64,000 nt of DNA, from positions 2,669,462 to 2,733,461 of the forward strand of contig CM082592.2 in NCBI GenBank assembly GCA_040954595.2. Reading direction: 5' to 3'. A program made the translations under genes and the position numbers. Shown in pieces: positions 61,401 through 64,000 of the stretch (position 1 is its first letter; each line of letters starts with the position of its first letter). The DNA is from Balanoglossus misakiensis (taxonomy: Eukaryota; Animalia; Hemichordata). A model generated the notes under the pieces. That model worked only from the letters and a program-made list of their open reading frames with translations, did not search any database and was not told where the DNA came from.

Positions 61401-64000
61401 CACACAGAAATAACAGTGCCAACCATCTTGTTTTTAGTACAACTCAAGGGGCTATGTCCGTTTGACATTTCAAATGTTTGGTATACTGGGAATTATTTCC
61501 TCAGAAATTTGTTCATCATGATAACCAACCAGAAATACCCCCCCCCCCCTCACTTCCAAACACAAGCAATGTTAGTACATAAGTTTTTTTAAAATAAAAA
61601 TACAAGGTTTTTCACAGTAGTACAAACCAAATTTACAACTGGATGTATCAGTACATGAATATATACACTTGCTAATGTCCAAACCTACAACAAAATGACA
61701 GATGCATTCTGGGGATTGTCAAATTTTGTAAATGTGTCGCAATAGATGACACCCCGATGATGCAAAATGGAGTGAAACTGGACCGCCAAATATTTTGTAC
61801 GCTATTACCAGAATAACCCTACCTTATCCGCTATTTTCATGAATTTTAAAAAAATATGGTGCGAAAATTCCAACTAATCTGCATGCCTGGGCATAAACAT
61901 GAAATATAGCCAGGAATTTCATTGCAAAAAAAAATCATTTTATGACAAATATGATTGAGGAAAGATATAAGATATGGAACAGCTGAGAGGAGCTTGATAC
62001 TTGATCATCAACAATGCAATCCATTCACCGAAAATCTCACTATATAATCACAAACTTTCAGTCCCCACCGAAAAAAACTATATTACAAAGAGACATAAAA
62101 ATACAAATTACTGCTGGGGTCTGCTGCCATAAAAAAATTCCAATAAAAATTGCTCATAACCATCTGTTGCTATAGTCAGATTAAATAAAATTCAGTTTTG
62201 AAATGAATGTAGGGATAAAAAATTCTGACTGTAATCTCCACCTTTTGACAGATGACACATGTTGAAGAATTCACAATGCTGACCTTTGACCTGATGGATG
62301 TTTCTGAAATGTCTCTCCACAAAGACAAATCGTAATCTGGTTGTAATATGATTGCATGTAAACTTCTAATGATATATTTACTGCCACATGAGAGTATTCG
62401 TATTTGATTTCAGAGCAGCATCTTTGTTTCATTACTTTGGAAGGGACACAGAAATATTTGTACAAACACAGAAGCATGGGGAATGGCCCCTAACTCTTTC
62501 AGTAAAATAAAAGTTAGCTTTAGAATTCTACAAGTTGCATGCCAGACACAATTCTAATGCAAATCTGTCACCACCAAACTTATCTTCATAAAACTGAACT
62601 ACTGAATTCCCCTTTCTGAGACACTATCCCCAAAACGGAGAATCACAGAATATGAATGCATCGGTGGTACAGTCCCTAGTTGTATGTTAAAGCTAGTTAT
62701 CCATAATAATAATATTAATAGAACAAAATTTGAGATGAATACATGAATTCCTTTCAGGCTTGATGAATCATTTTTTTTCGCATTTAGTTATTCTTGTCCA
62801 GATGTTAAAAATAATCCTACAAAAATTCCAACCAATTTGCAAGTTTTCATCTTCTCCTTGCCAAAAAACAAACAGTTACAGTAATTTGTCATTTCAATAT
62901 TTTGTTTAAAACAGGTAAAGTGTGCAACTCGATGGTTTTGCTGTCTGGAAAATGTTTAAAATTATGAGAAAAGTTCTATATCTCTCTCTGATTTATCTTC
63001 AGAGGATGCCGTTATTATAATTCATATTGTCCTCATCAGACAGGAGTAACAGGCAAAGGAAGCCATTTTTACCTCCCGCTTTCTGTTTCTATGGCAACTG
63101 CAGCTCCCTATCAGTTTGTGGTGTGACTCTGTAGACTCGAGAAAGCAAAACACACTCAATGCAGACAAAAAACCTCTGATAAACTCATTTCATCTCGCTC
63201 TGGGTAGATTTGCTGCTATTGTAACTTTGAGTGAGTTGCATGTGGACTTCGGGTCATTTCAACTCTCCATTCGGAGGAACCGGGAGAACTGGCAGAGACT
63301 AATATTGCAGACCCATCATTGGTATGCAATAAGTAGAACTTAGAGGTCAGAGAGATCATGACATTAGGTGAATGCAAACAGCATTCTGTCACACACTACA
63401 CACAAAAGATACTGGCAATTTTGATGGTGTGTAACGGAAGTGCTATTCATACTTGAGTAACGGGATTACAATTTGTAAAGTGGTCTCTCTATCTTTATAG
63501 GTCTACTGACTAGGGTGATTCATAACACCACATACCACACCATCCAAACCATCCGATGTTCAGCCGTCTTATCAACAATGTGAGATACACATCCACTCAC
63601 TCTCTCACGCAAATAAGTTGTCATTTATATTCTTTTACGTGTTGTTCATTGTCTCTCATATGAGGTCACAAAATGATTAGATCTTTCCAAAAATGTGAAT
63701 TCTCGGGGGGGGGGGGGGGGGGGGGGGTTGAGTATGCGTTTCTGGACTTATTCAATCAGTGCATCACGCAGTGAGTGTGAATGTGAAATTGTCTGAAATA
63801 TTGTGATCATACCAGCCACAGTTTTACACAAAGTAATAAGGGAAAACTGTAACAGAATATATCCTTGTTGAGGCCTCCTTTGGTCGGATACTACAGTAAA
63901 TTGACTGGCCACTTTATTAATATTATCAAGCTTGCTAAAACATGGTGGAACTCATTATTCAATAAATCAATAATGTGCAAACAATACGCCCAACACCAAT

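Larger units (their letters stand above)
38621..64000 (-). other. Large musashi intron (>25 kb), running past the window end
   Basis: No exon encoding the expected upstream RRM2 segment (..DAMLMFDK...RHR) was found by eye in this interval. Confidence 0.7.

Noticed and set aside
63705-63727. Long G/C homopolymers (also near 7002, 18410, 39679, 54178) as G-quadruplex elements
   Set aside because: Simple homopolymer runs are common in such genomes and their lengths are error-prone in assemblies; no further evidence of function.

Overview
AT-rich (roughly 35-37% GC by eye), intron-rich animal genomic DNA, most consistent with a marine invertebrate (possibly a deuterostome such as a hemichordate); the species cannot be fixed from sequence alone. 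The only gene I can support is the 3' half of a Musashi-family RNA-binding protein gene on the minus strand. Seven coding exons (38620-38538, 35001-34908, 34215-34132, 30693-30592, 29122-28928, 27878-27676, 24725-24684) join with GT-AG boundaries in matching phase. They encode the end of RRM2 ([40 protein letters not shown]), a G/Y/P-rich tail and the C-terminus GPLIASTFQNGYP*. The 5' exons lie beyond the window, past an intron of more than 25 kb. The rest is intron, possible 3' UTR or intergenic DNA with many non-autonomous DNA elements: MITEs with TA or TTAA target duplications, a Helentron/DINE-like element and a nested insertion. The leads most worth checking are (i) two related elements whose long hairpins carry symmetric CGAG/CGAG mismatches (one also has a cGCAg loop), so only one DNA strand should fold well; (ii) a clean plus-strand exon-intron-exon unit antisense to musashi; and (iii) a possible 3'-UTR intron with a distant terminal exon holding clustered Musashi binding elements. 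Most ORFs in the supplied track look spurious.
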